Positions 27,201 to 35,400 of a stretch of 50,354 nucleotides of DNA are shown piece after piece. The DNA comes from Myxococcota bacterium. Lineage in GTDB: Bacteria; Myxococcota_A; UBA796; CAJQPC01. The notes under the pieces are model-generated. The model worked only from the letters and a program-made list of their open reading frames with translations. It was not told the DNA's origin and ran no database searches. How positions within the stretch are numbered: position 1 is the stretch's first letter; every line of letters begins with the position of its first letter. The stretch is from the NCBI GenBank assembly GCA_036229005.1, contig JAZAMN010000012.1, forward strand, positions 1 to 50,354. Direction: 5' to 3'. The position numbers and the translations under genes were made by a program.

Positions 27201-27761
27201 GAGCGTGGTGCCGCCCTGGGGCCACCACCAGACGACCTTGTGGCCCTGGTAGAGCAGGCCCTTCTCGAAGAGGCGGGAGAGCGCCCACCACACGGACTCC
27301 ACGTAGGCCCGGTGGTAGGTCACGTAGGCCTCGTCCATGTTGACCCAGAAGCCGATGCGGTCGGTGAGCTGCTCCCACTGCTCGGTGTACTTGAACACCG
27401 ACTCGATGCACTTGCGGGAGAAGGCCTCCATGCCGTAGGCCTCGATGGCCTCGCGCCCGTGGATGTCCAGCTCCTTCTCGACCTCGACCTCGACCGGCAG
27501 ACCGTGGGTGTCCCAGCCGGCCTTGCGGTGCACATAGAAGCCCTGCATCGCCTTGTAGCGGGGGATCAGGTCCTTGATCGCGCGGGTGAGCACGTGCCCA
27601 TTGTGGGGGGTGCCGTTCGCGGTGGGCGGGCCCTCGTAGAACACGAACTCGGGGCGACCCTGGGCCAGGCGCAGGCCCTCACGGAAGGTGTTCTGGGACT
27701 TCCACCAGGCCAGGACCTCGGCTTCGAGATCGGCGGGGTTGGGCAGCTCGGAGAAGGGCAT
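24258..27761 (-). CDS. ileS: Isoleucine--tRNA ligase, type 2 (eukaryote/archaea-like)
   Basis: FYEGPPTANG.PHNGH, GWDTHGLPVE, AWTTTPWTLPSN, DWALSRERFWGTPL, EAVDQTRGWFYSL, KESKS, LSNWYVRRSR; type-2 C-terminus with no zinc finger. Confidence 0.96.
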   Translation of the reverse strand: MPFSELPNPADLEAEVLAWWKSQNTFREGLRLAQGRPEFVFYEGPPTANGTPHNGHVLTRAIKDLIPRYKAMQGFYVHRKAGWDTHGLPVEVEVEKELDIHGREAIEAYGMEAFSRKCIESVFKYTEQWEQLTDRIGFWVNMDEAYVTYHRAYVESVWWALSRLFEKGLLYQGHKVVWWWPQGGTTLSAGEVGQGYKEVNDPSVSVRFTAQDPHAVVKAFTRGVRTAEELLAGTHPVSFLAWTTTPWTLPSNTAIAVSPKLNYLLVKLPLEDGGDELVVVAEALREKILGEGVGEVIAEAKGSELDGLRYQPIYDFAKPETGDFHKVIVGTHVTADSGTGLVHTAPAFGEDDFKVAQDNGVGLLQLIAPNGKFVEGTGFLEGLFCKDADKVIVRDLKERGVLFKHEQYRHDYPFCWRKMDDPLIQYARPAWFIKTTALNAEALENNQAVNWMPEHIKDGRFGDFLRNNVDWALSRERFWGTPLNIWVCPECNAHKAPASVAEIEALNAAAGRESGFDQSVDKDLQVHRPWIDRVTLPCGCGATMHRVPEVIDCWFDSGAMPFAQWGFPHAEGSKDIFQKRFPADFISEAVDQTRGWFYSLLMISTLLFDDETCTEYGLEPVGMPRPYKNCIVLGHVTDMDGKKESKSKGNYTSPDLVMLGQTTLNVIADEQVKAGTVGFMAAQVKSLGFTPKEQFTAVGPSGERKLSVAKAKVTKKDTVHLNPADIAALGLDGTVTLKAPFQAPGADAFRWLFYASNPPWSNTRLSLRNIREGQREFHLRLRNVHSFFSIYANIAGFDPASGDAPTERSALDRWILHELNQTTATMTAELEAYNIYEAARSLQAFVEGLSNWYVRRSRSRFWNEDPAALWTLYEVLVQVAHLSAPFVPFMAEALYRDLCGHLPESSVHHRSWPKVDEAALDAGLSENMALIRELSSLGLAARKKVGQRVRQPLRAVEVILAEPERAAALEPLLPLLTEELNVRGVHFSQRAGDFVDFQVKPNYPVLGRRLGKDMKLCAGMLAKMDGAEVRNKVLAGGLTLDLPNGPVTLGPDEVDVRVTPKGSFQAAGSAKAVVALDSELDEDLREEGLSREVISRVQGLRKQLDLGYTQRIALHVAGDDKVVAAVKRFQEHVGGETLVSEWADAPFGEPVVDDIDGLAVEISVRGL

Positions 27762-27848
27762 GGGGGCAGGCTCCAAAGGGGGGCTGCCCCTATAACCACG
27801 GAGACCGGAAGGGACAGAGGGGCGCGCTCCCCTGGCCCACTGCGGGGC

Positions 27849-28754
27849 TCACCCCTGGGGCTCCCAGGCCACCCCATCCCCCGTGAACGCGAACCCGACG
27901 GCGAAGTAGGGAATGGCCCGCGAGACCTCTTGTCCGGTGCGGTACTCGTGGTCGATGTGCCACTGGCAGATCGTGTAGAGCGTGGGCGTGGCGAAGCGAG
28001 AGCCCACGTCCGCCTTGAACTGGTAGGCGACCAGGGGCCCGGCCCGATCGATGCTGGCCCGCCGGGTGGAGGCCAGGTTCGCGTTGTCCACCATCTCCGC
28101 GCCGCTGCGCGTGTGGGTGGAGCGCACCCCGGCTGTGAGCTTGTCGCTGGCCACGTAGAGCAGGTCGACATCCGTGCTCCACACCGCGCCATCCGTGGGC
28201 GCCAGGATGTCCAGGGTCTGGTCGTAGAAGGCCACGCCGTCGACATCGTAGCGGAACTGATAGCGCCCCACGGTCGCCCGCACGGCCACGGGGCCGGCCT
28301 TGGCCTGCACCCGCGTCTCCAGGGTCAGGATGCTGCCCTTGGCCCGGGTCGTGCCCTGCGCCGCCAAGGCCTCCATACCGTCCGGGGAGTAGTCGGTGAC
28401 CTCGCGCGCGCCCCAGACCAGCATCTGGTCGAAGCCCCCGTGGTACTGCACCAGCTCGTAGCCCGCCTGGAAGCGCAACAGCGCCAGGGGCATCACCCGC
28501 ACCCAGGGCCCGGCCCGCATGAACGCCGGCGTCTGCAGCCCCGTGGCCCCCACCCAGATGTAGCTGTCGCTGAGCAGCAGGTCGTCGGCGGGCTTGTCGA
28601 AGAGCCGCAGCCGGTAGCCCACCGTGAAGCGCTCCTGCAGGCCCAGCGGGTTGTAGCGCAGGGCCGCCAGGGACTCGTAGTAGAGCCGGTGGCGCGGGAT
28701 GGCGGAGACAGGCTCCTGGGCGAAGGCGGCGGAGGTCAGCAGCGACAAAAGCAT
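27849..28754 (-). CDS. Secreted, probable outer-membrane beta-barrel protein
   Basis: Signal peptide ending AFA-Q; alternating aromatic beta strands; C-terminal YFAVGFAF. Confidence 0.6.
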   Translation of the reverse strand: MLLSLLTSAAFAQEPVSAIPRHRLYYESLAALRYNPLGLQERFTVGYRLRLFDKPADDLLLSDSYIWVGATGLQTPAFMRAGPWVRVMPLALLRFQAGYELVQYHGGFDQMLVWGAREVTDYSPDGMEALAAQGTTRAKGSILTLETRVQAKAGPVAVRATVGRYQFRYDVDGVAFYDQTLDILAPTDGAVWSTDVDLLYVASDKLTAGVRSTHTRSGAEMVDNANLASTRRASIDRAGPLVAYQFKADVGSRFATPTLYTICQWHIDHEYRTGQEVSRAIPYFAVGFAFTGDGVAWEPQG

Positions 28755-28793
28755 GGAGGAAGCTCCCGGATTCCTCATCCTGCCACAACTCCC

Positions 28794-30005
28794 TCAGTCG
28801 CGGCAGCCCAGATGATGCAGCACGCGATCCATGCGGTCCTGGCCCCAGATCAGGCGCCCGTCCGGCAGCTCGAAGGTGGGCACCCCGGGGACCCCCAGCG
28901 CCTGCGCCCGCGCCGTGTTCTCCCGAAGCACCGCCTTCACCGCGGGGTCCTGGGTGCCCGCCAGCAGGGCCTTGGCGTCAAAGCCGGCGTCCGTCAGCAC
29001 CCGCTCCAGCACTTCGGCGTCCCCCACGTTCAGGTCGTCCACCCACACGGCCTGGAAGAGCGGAGCGATGGCCTGCGGCTCCTGGATCGCCACCCGCAGC
29101 GCGGCCACCGTGTGCACCGGAAAGTGCGAGGTGAAGCGGAATCCCCCACCCCACCACGCCGCCCAGTCGTGCAGGTCCTGCAGCGCCCAGGCCTGCTTGG
29201 CCTGCGGGAAGGTCTGCAGGGGGATCATGGGCGTCCCGATGCTCTTGAACAGCGCGCCCAGCAGGATGGGGACCGGCTCCAGTCGCACCTCGGCGGCGGA
29301 CGCAAGCTCAGAGATGCGCAGGGAGGACAGGTAGGCGAAGGGTGAGGAGAAATCGTAGTACCACCGCAGGGTCCTCACCTCTCTGGGCTTCTGCGTGGCC
29401 GGGGCGAATCGAAACTGCGACCCACCAGCGAGGAACTGCTGAAGCAGAAACAGCCGATCCTGGCCCCAGATGAGCTTGTCGTGGCCATCCAGGAAGAACG
29501 CGGGCACCCCGAACACGCCGCGCTCCAGGGCCCGCTCGGTGTTCTCGCGCAGGGCCTGCTTGATGGCGGGCTGCTCGGTCTGCTCCAGCGAGAGCCCGAA
29601 GGCCTGGGCGATGGGGGCGAGCACGGCGGGCTGGGCGATGTCCTGGCCCTGCTGCCAGTAGGCGGCGTAGAGGCGCTCGATCAGGTCCTCTCGCTGCTCT
29701 GGAGCCGCGCAGAGGATCAGGCGCTGGGCCTGGAGGCTCTTCACGGGGTGACCCGCGGGGGGATTCAGCGGCAGCCCCAGGGAGCCGGCCTGATCCTGCA
29801 GGTCCTCGTCCAGGCGGAGCTGACGGGCCTGGGACCAGGTGGTCATGGGGACCTGGGGGCTCTGGCGGGCCTTGAAGATGCCGCCCAGCAGCACGGGCGT
29901 GCAGACCAGCTCCAGACCGTGCTCGGCCGCGAAGGCGCGCCCCCGGTGGAAGCCCATGTAGGCGTAGGGGCAGACCAGATCGAAGTACAGCTCCAGGCGA
30001 CGCAT
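28794..30005 (-). CDS. Tandem two-domain DsbA-like / HCCA isomerase (kappa-class GST) protein
   Basis: Two repeats: YFDLVCPYAY...GVFGVPAF..WGQDR and YYDFSSPFAY...GVPGVPTF..WGQDR. Confidence 0.88.
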   Translation of the reverse strand: MRRLELYFDLVCPYAYMGFHRGRAFAAEHGLELVCTPVLLGGIFKARQSPQVPMTTWSQARQLRLDEDLQDQAGSLGLPLNPPAGHPVKSLQAQRLILCAAPEQREDLIERLYAAYWQQGQDIAQPAVLAPIAQAFGLSLEQTEQPAIKQALRENTERALERGVFGVPAFFLDGHDKLIWGQDRLFLLQQFLAGGSQFRFAPATQKPREVRTLRWYYDFSSPFAYLSSLRISELASAAEVRLEPVPILLGALFKSIGTPMIPLQTFPQAKQAWALQDLHDWAAWWGGGFRFTSHFPVHTVAALRVAIQEPQAIAPLFQAVWVDDLNVGDAEVLERVLTDAGFDAKALLAGTQDPAVKAVLRENTARAQALGVPGVPTFELPDGRLIWGQDRMDRVLHHLGCRD

Positions 30006-30042
30006 CGGGGCTCCGGGTGGGGCCCCAGGATGCCACGGCGGC

Positions 30043-30513
30043 TCAGGAGTTGAAGCCCACGTACTCGGCGAACAAGTCCTTGATGGTGTGGAAGGTGTTC
30101 ACGAACACCTCGATGGAGTTGGTGGTCACGCCGCCGATCAGGCTCAGGTCCATCTCGACGCAGGGGTCCTTGTCGTCATCCAGGTAGGCGCGCCCAAAGC
30201 GCTTGTCCTTGTTCCACTGGATGATCTTGTCCGGCGTGGGCTTGTTGGTCATGCCCAGCCCCGCGTAGGCCTGCAGGCTGTTGCACTCGCCGGCGTTGCA
30301 GCCGTAGAAGTAGATCACGACGTTCAGGTTGTTGTGCTGCCACTTGACCTTGGGGTCGCCGTCGTCGTCCTTCCCGAGCTCCACACCGGAGACGCCGCTG
30401 ATGCCGGACACGATGGTCTGGACCTCGGGGCCGGTGATGGTCTCGTAGACCAGCGCGGACTTGGTGGAGCCGGCGTAGACGGGTGCGGCGAGCAGGGCGA
30501 GGGCAGCAAACAT
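30043..30513 (-). CDS. Secreted YbjN-domain protein
   Basis: Signal peptide; WNKDKRFGRAYLDDDKDP.VEMDL...GGVT. Confidence 0.75.
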   Translation of the reverse strand: MFAALALLAAPVYAGSTKSALVYETITGPEVQTIVSGISGVSGVELGKDDDGDPKVKWQHNNLNVVIYFYGCNAGECNSLQAYAGLGMTNKPTPDKIIQWNKDKRFGRAYLDDDKDPCVEMDLSLIGGVTTNSIEVFVNTFHTIKDLFAEYVGFNS

Positions 30514-30612
30514 GAGGGGAACTCCTGATTCTCCGGCAGTCTATCGGACAGCGGCCGCGATCCTGAAGGGCGCCCGGGGTGACGCGGGGCAGACCGCGAT
30601 TAAGATCAGCCA

Positions 30613-30969
30613 ATGACCACCACGAGAATCGACAAGTGGCTGTGGGCCGCGCGCATGTTCAAGACCCGCTCCCTGGCGACCAAGGCCTGCGCAGCCGGGC
30701 ACGTCAAGCTGGACAATGAGACGGTCAAGGCCTCCCAGAAGGTGGTCGCTGGCGGCTGGGTCGAGGTCCTCACGCCGGGCGGTCCCCGGGTGCTGGAGAT
30801 CGTGGGCATCCTGGACAAACGCGGCCCCGCGGCCGTGGCCCAGACCCTCTACAACGACCACACGCCCGAGCCCGAGCCCATCGAGTCCCCGCTGGACCTG
30901 CGGCCCCGGGGGCTGGGGCGCCCCACCAAGCGCGACCGCCGCCAGATGAAGAAGATCCGTGGGTTCTGA
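30613..30969 (+). CDS. hslR: Ribosome-associated heat shock protein Hsp15 (S4 domain)
   Basis: RIDKWLWAARMFKTRSLA, KRGPA..AQTLY, GRPTKRDRR. Confidence 0.93.
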   Translation: MTTTRIDKWLWAARMFKTRSLATKACAAGHVKLDNETVKASQKVVAGGWVEVLTPGGPRVLEIVGILDKRGPAAVAQTLYNDHTPEPEPIESPLDLRPRGLGRPTKRDRRQMKKIRGF

Positions 30970-31393
30970 GCCCCCCGCAGCAGAGCCCCCCGCCGCACCG
31001 GAGCGACTGGTCCTCTTTGACGGGGTCTGTGGCTTGTGCGACAGCGCCGTGCAGTGGCTGCTCGACCACGACGTGCATGGGCGACTGCACTACGCCCCCC
31101 TCCAGGGCCCCACGGCGGAGGCCCTGCGCGGCCAGCACCCCCAGATCCCCAGGGAGCTGGAGACCATGGTGTTCGTGCGACAGGGCAAAGTGTATCTGCG
31201 CTCCCAGGCGGTGCTTCAGATCCTCCGCGAGCTGCCCGCCCCCTGGTCCTGGGTGTCCATCTTCCGGGTGCTGCCCAGCTTCCTGACCGACCTGGGCTAC
31301 CGCCTGGTGGCGGCGGTGCGCTACCGGATCTGGGGCAAGCTGGACGCCTGTCGCATGCCGCTGCCGGAGCAGGCGGCGCGCTTTCTGGACTGA
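30959..31393 (+). CDS. DCC1-like thiol-disulfide oxidoreductase (DUF393)
   Basis: VLFDGVCGLC, APLQG, YRLVAAVRYRIWG. Start uncertain. Confidence 0.88.
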   Translation: MGSEPPAAEPPAAPERLVLFDGVCGLCDSAVQWLLDHDVHGRLHYAPLQGPTAEALRGQHPQIPRELETMVFVRQGKVYLRSQAVLQILRELPAPWSWVSIFRVLPSFLTDLGYRLVAAVRYRIWGKLDACRMPLPEQAARFLD

Positions 31394-31397
31394 CGCC

Positions 31398-32390
31398 CTA
31401 CTTGAAGGCCGGGCAGCTCCCCTCCCCCGACCAGATCAGCGCACCACCGGGACCGAACAAGGCCGCCCCCTCGCCGCCGCAAGCCAGGGTCTTGTCCCCG
31501 TGCATGTAGAGGCTGAGGCCGCCCTCCTCCTGCATCCCCGGGACCCCCTTCCAGGCGCCGCCCTCCTTGTGGGCCAGCGGGGTGGACAGGCGCATGCCCT
31601 CGAAGTCGTAGGCCAGCGACGCCAGCCCCTGCGCAGGGTACTCGACCCAGTACATCATGTCGTCGGGGCCGTAGAGGGCCGAGAGCTCCGCGCCGGGCGC
31701 CTCCAGGTACTTGTACTCCGGGATGTCCGGGCTCTCGCCGCCGACGCTGACCATGTTCAGGTGCACCGGGGCGTCGGGCACATCACAGAAGGGGGTGCTG
31801 CGCCCCTCGAAGAGCTGGACCGTCCAGGCCTTGCCCTGTCGCACGAACTGCTTGCCGTCGTAGACGTACATGCGACAGCCCTCCACGCCGAACATGCTCG
31901 CCATGTCGTAGTCCAGCACCACCCGCTTGCCCTCCAGGGTGGCGTGGGCGGTCTGCTTGGCGTCGTTGAGCTGCACGTCCAGGCTCTCGCCAACGAGCAT
32001 CACGAGGCGGTCGTCCGAGGCGTAGCCGACCCCGTCCAGCGACTGCCCCTCCGGGAGCTCGGGCATGGCGATGGGGGCGAGCCCCTTGTCGCTGCCCAGG
32101 GCCAGGCGGTCCTGATACAGGTTCACCATCAGCGAGCCGCCCCGCGCCCGGCTGTAGGTCCAGCCGCCGAAGCACTCCCCCGGCACGCTCACCAGCGCGG
32201 CGCCCGTCTCCAGGTCCATCAGCACGCAGCTCCCGTCCCGCTCCTGGGGCTGCAGCATGGGCAAGCTCTGCGATGAGGAAGAGGAGGAGGTGGCGGCGGC
32301 CTCAGGCTGCGTGTTCCCACCGCCAAAGCCCCCGCAGGCCAGCAGCATTCCGAGGCTGGTCAGCGCCAGCGAGGTCAGGGTGTTCGGCAT
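31398..32390 (-). CDS. Hypothetical lipoprotein
   Basis: GMLLAC lipobox, Ser-rich linker, upstream GGAG. Confidence 0.7.
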   Translation of the reverse strand: MPNTLTSLALTSLGMLLACGGFGGGNTQPEAAATSSSSSSQSLPMLQPQERDGSCVLMDLETGAALVSVPGECFGGWTYSRARGGSLMVNLYQDRLALGSDKGLAPIAMPELPEGQSLDGVGYASDDRLVMLVGESLDVQLNDAKQTAHATLEGKRVVLDYDMASMFGVEGCRMYVYDGKQFVRQGKAWTVQLFEGRSTPFCDVPDAPVHLNMVSVGGESPDIPEYKYLEAPGAELSALYGPDDMMYWVEYPAQGLASLAYDFEGMRLSTPLAHKEGGAWKGVPGMQEEGGLSLYMHGDKTLACGGEGAALFGPGGALIWSGEGSCPAFK

Positions 32391-32417
32391 CTCAGTGCTC
32401 CAGCTATTGGCCGGAGT

Positions 32418-35400
32418 CTACACCCTCCGGCGCCGCCAAAGCAGCAGGCCAAAGGGGATGAGCAGCCAGGCAGCGCTGCCCGGGATCTGGCTGGCCGCGC
32501 AGCCACCACACCCGGACTCCTGCCCACCGCTGTCCTGGGGAGCCGGCCCCTGAGAGTCCTGGGGGGTCCCGCTGTCTCCGGTGTCCGGCTCCGAGTCCTG
32601 GGGGGTGTCGGTGTCAGGCCCGGTGTCCTCGCTTGTGTCGGCTGTGTCTGAGGTGTCGGAGGGGTCCCCGGTGTCCTGAGTTGGGCAGTCCTCGTCCGTC
32701 TGCCCATCACAGTCCTCGTCCCCTCCGTAGCAGCTATCCTCGGTCACCCCGGGGTGGATGGCCGCATCGGTGTCCACGCAGTCCGTGCCACCCCAGGTGT
32801 CGATACGGTAGCCGTCGCCGTCCTGGTCGAAGTCGTCGCCCCCCAGGCAGTCCCCATCCCGGCCGTCGTACCAGCGCTCGGAGGCCCCAAAGTAGGTGGC
32901 GGGGTCGCTGTCGTCGCAGTCCTGGCCGCCGTAGGCTTCTGCGTCCTGGCCGTCCAGGTCGGCGTCGAAGTCGCTGGATTCGTCACAGTCCTGGTCGACG
33001 CCGTCGTACCAGATCTCCTCGGCGCCGGGGTGGATGCTGGAGTCTGTGTCATCACAGTCGTCCGATCCGTAGCCGTCCCCGTCCCCATCGGGATCGTCGG
33101 CCCCATCACAGTCCTGGTCGATGCCATCGTCCGGGGTGTCCACGCAGCTCGGGCAGATGGTGGCGTCCGTGTCGTCACAGTCGTCCCCGCCATAGGCCGC
33201 GGCGTCCGCGCCGTCCCCGTCCGCGTCGTAGTCCGAGTCGGTCCCGCAGTCGCTGTCCACGCCGTCGTACCAGACCTCGGTCGCGCCGGGGTTGATGGCC
33301 GCGTCGCTGTCGTCACAGTCCAGGCCGCCGTAGAGCGTGGTCTGGTAGCCATCGCCGTCCGCGTCGTAGTCATCGCTGCCATCACAGTCGCTGTCCACGC
33401 CGTCGTAGACGTACTCGGTCGCGCCGGGGTTCACGCTGCCGTTGCTGTCATCACAGTCGGCGCCGCCGTAGCCGTCCGAGTCGTAGCCGTCGCTGTCACA
33501 GTCGTAGTCGGAGTCCCCGCCGCAGTCCGCGTCGATGCCGTCGTAGCAGGTGTCCGTCGCGCCGGGGTTGATCGTGGCGTCCGTGTCATCACAGTCCGTG
33601 CCGCCCAGAGCCTCGTCGCGGTAGCCGTCCCCGTCGTCGTCCCACTCGTCGGTGCCATCACAGTCTTCGTCGATGCCGTCGTCGCCGTCGCTCTCGGTGG
33701 CGTCCGGGTTGATGCTGGCGTCGGTGTCATCACAGTCCAGGCCGCCGTAGAGGTCCAGGTCGTAGCCGTCCCCGTCGGCGTCGTAGTCGGAGTCCTCCGC
33801 GCAGTCCTGGTCCAGGCCGTCGTACCAGGTGTCGGTGGCGCCGGGGTTGACGCTGTCGTCGCCGTCGTCACAGTCGTCGCCGCCGTAGCTGTCCGACTCG
33901 TAGCCGTCCCCGTCGGCGTCGTAGTCGCTGCCCCCATCACAGTCGGAGTCCACGCCGTCGTACCAGGTCTCGGTGCCCCCGGGGGAGGCGCTGGCGTCGG
34001 AGTCATCACAGTCTCCGCTGCCCAGAGAGCCGCTCGCGGAGTAGCCCGAGGCCGAGTAGCCGTCCCCGTCGGCGTCGTAGTCGTCGGTGGGGTCACAGTT
34101 GTCGTCGGTGCTGTCGTAGTAGGTCTCGGTCGCGCCGGGGCTCACCGCGTCGCTGCTGTCATCACAGTCCGTGCCGCCGTAGGCCGCGTCGTCGTAGCCG
34201 TCCAGATCCGCGTCGTAGTCGCTGGCCCCGTCACAGTCGGAGTCCACGCCGTCGTACCAGACCTCGGTGGCGTCGGGGCTGACGCTGGAGTCTGTGTCAT
34301 CACAGTCATCGCCCGTGTCGTAGCCGTCCCCGTCGGCGTCGTAGTCGGAGTCCCCGCCGCAGTCGGAGTCCACGCCGTCGTACCAGGTCTCCGTGGCCCC
34401 CGGATAGGTGGTGGCGTCGCTGTCATCACAGTCCCCGTCGGCCTCGGTGAGTCCGTCCCCGTCCGCGTCGTCCAGGCCCAGCTCGGAGAACGCGATGTCG
34501 TCCAGGCCCCAGGTGTCCCCGCTGGGGCCGCTGATCTCCAGGGTGTCCACGCCGTAGTCGTAGACGTAGCCGTGGAAGGAGGAGCTCCCCTCCTCGCTCA
34601 GGGTGAGGGTGTCGGTGTAGAGGGTGCTGCCTCCCACAGACCCGGTCAGGGTGAAGCTGCCCTTTCCATCCAGGACCTGGAAGGCCACCGCGGGCTGGAC
34701 CTCCTCGAAGCTGAGGGTGACCGTGGTGCTCAGCGCTTGGGCCCCCTGTGTGTCGTTGGGCGCCGCGCCGTCCACGCTGCTGGCGACCAGCAGGCTGCTG
34801 TCGACCGTGAGGCCCAGATCCGCGTAGTCGGTGGAGACGGTGTCTCCGACGCTCAGGTCCTCGAAGTCGACGGTCTGTACTGTGATACCCGCGTCGGCGG
34901 ACCAGCTACTCAGATCGGTGTACGCGGTGCTGCCACCGCCATCCACGGTGCCGTCGCAGTCGTTGTCGATGCTGTCGCCCAGCACCTCGGTGGCGGCGGG
35001 GTTCACGTCGGCGTCGAAGTCGTCGCAGTCGCCGTCATCGCCCGTGTAGCCGTCGGCGTCGCGGTCGCTCTCGCTGGCCCAGTGGACGACCAGATCATCC
35101 ACGCCGATGCCGTTACTGGTGGAGGGGGTGATGCGGACCTTGCTCACAGAGGCGCCAAACACCACGCCCACAAAGCGACCCCCAGGCACATCTTCACCCT
35201 CTGCCTCAAGCGAGGCCACACCGCCGCTGCTGAGAAGGGTGCTCCCGTCGCTGTCCCAGGCCTGGAGCTGGAAGGGACCGCTGGCGTCCAGGATCTGGAA
35301 CGCGAGCGCGTCGACGTCCGCGTCAAAGGTGAGGGTCAGGCTGCTGCCGGAGACCTTGCCCGCGACGCTGCCGGATGCGGCGGCCCCGAAGGCCTCGTCG

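Noticed and set aside
25035..29345. 1436-aa plus-strand ORF and similar long ORFs (204-2015, 3566-5512, 12205-15123, 32754-35735, 41293-43257)
   Set aside because: Antisense shadows of well-supported genes, expected at high GC3; no recognisable motifs.
32700..34470. CRISPR-like or tandem DNA array
   Set aside because: The periodicity comes from protein-coding Cys/Asp repeats with synonymous variation; there is no constant repeat with unique spacers and no cas gene.
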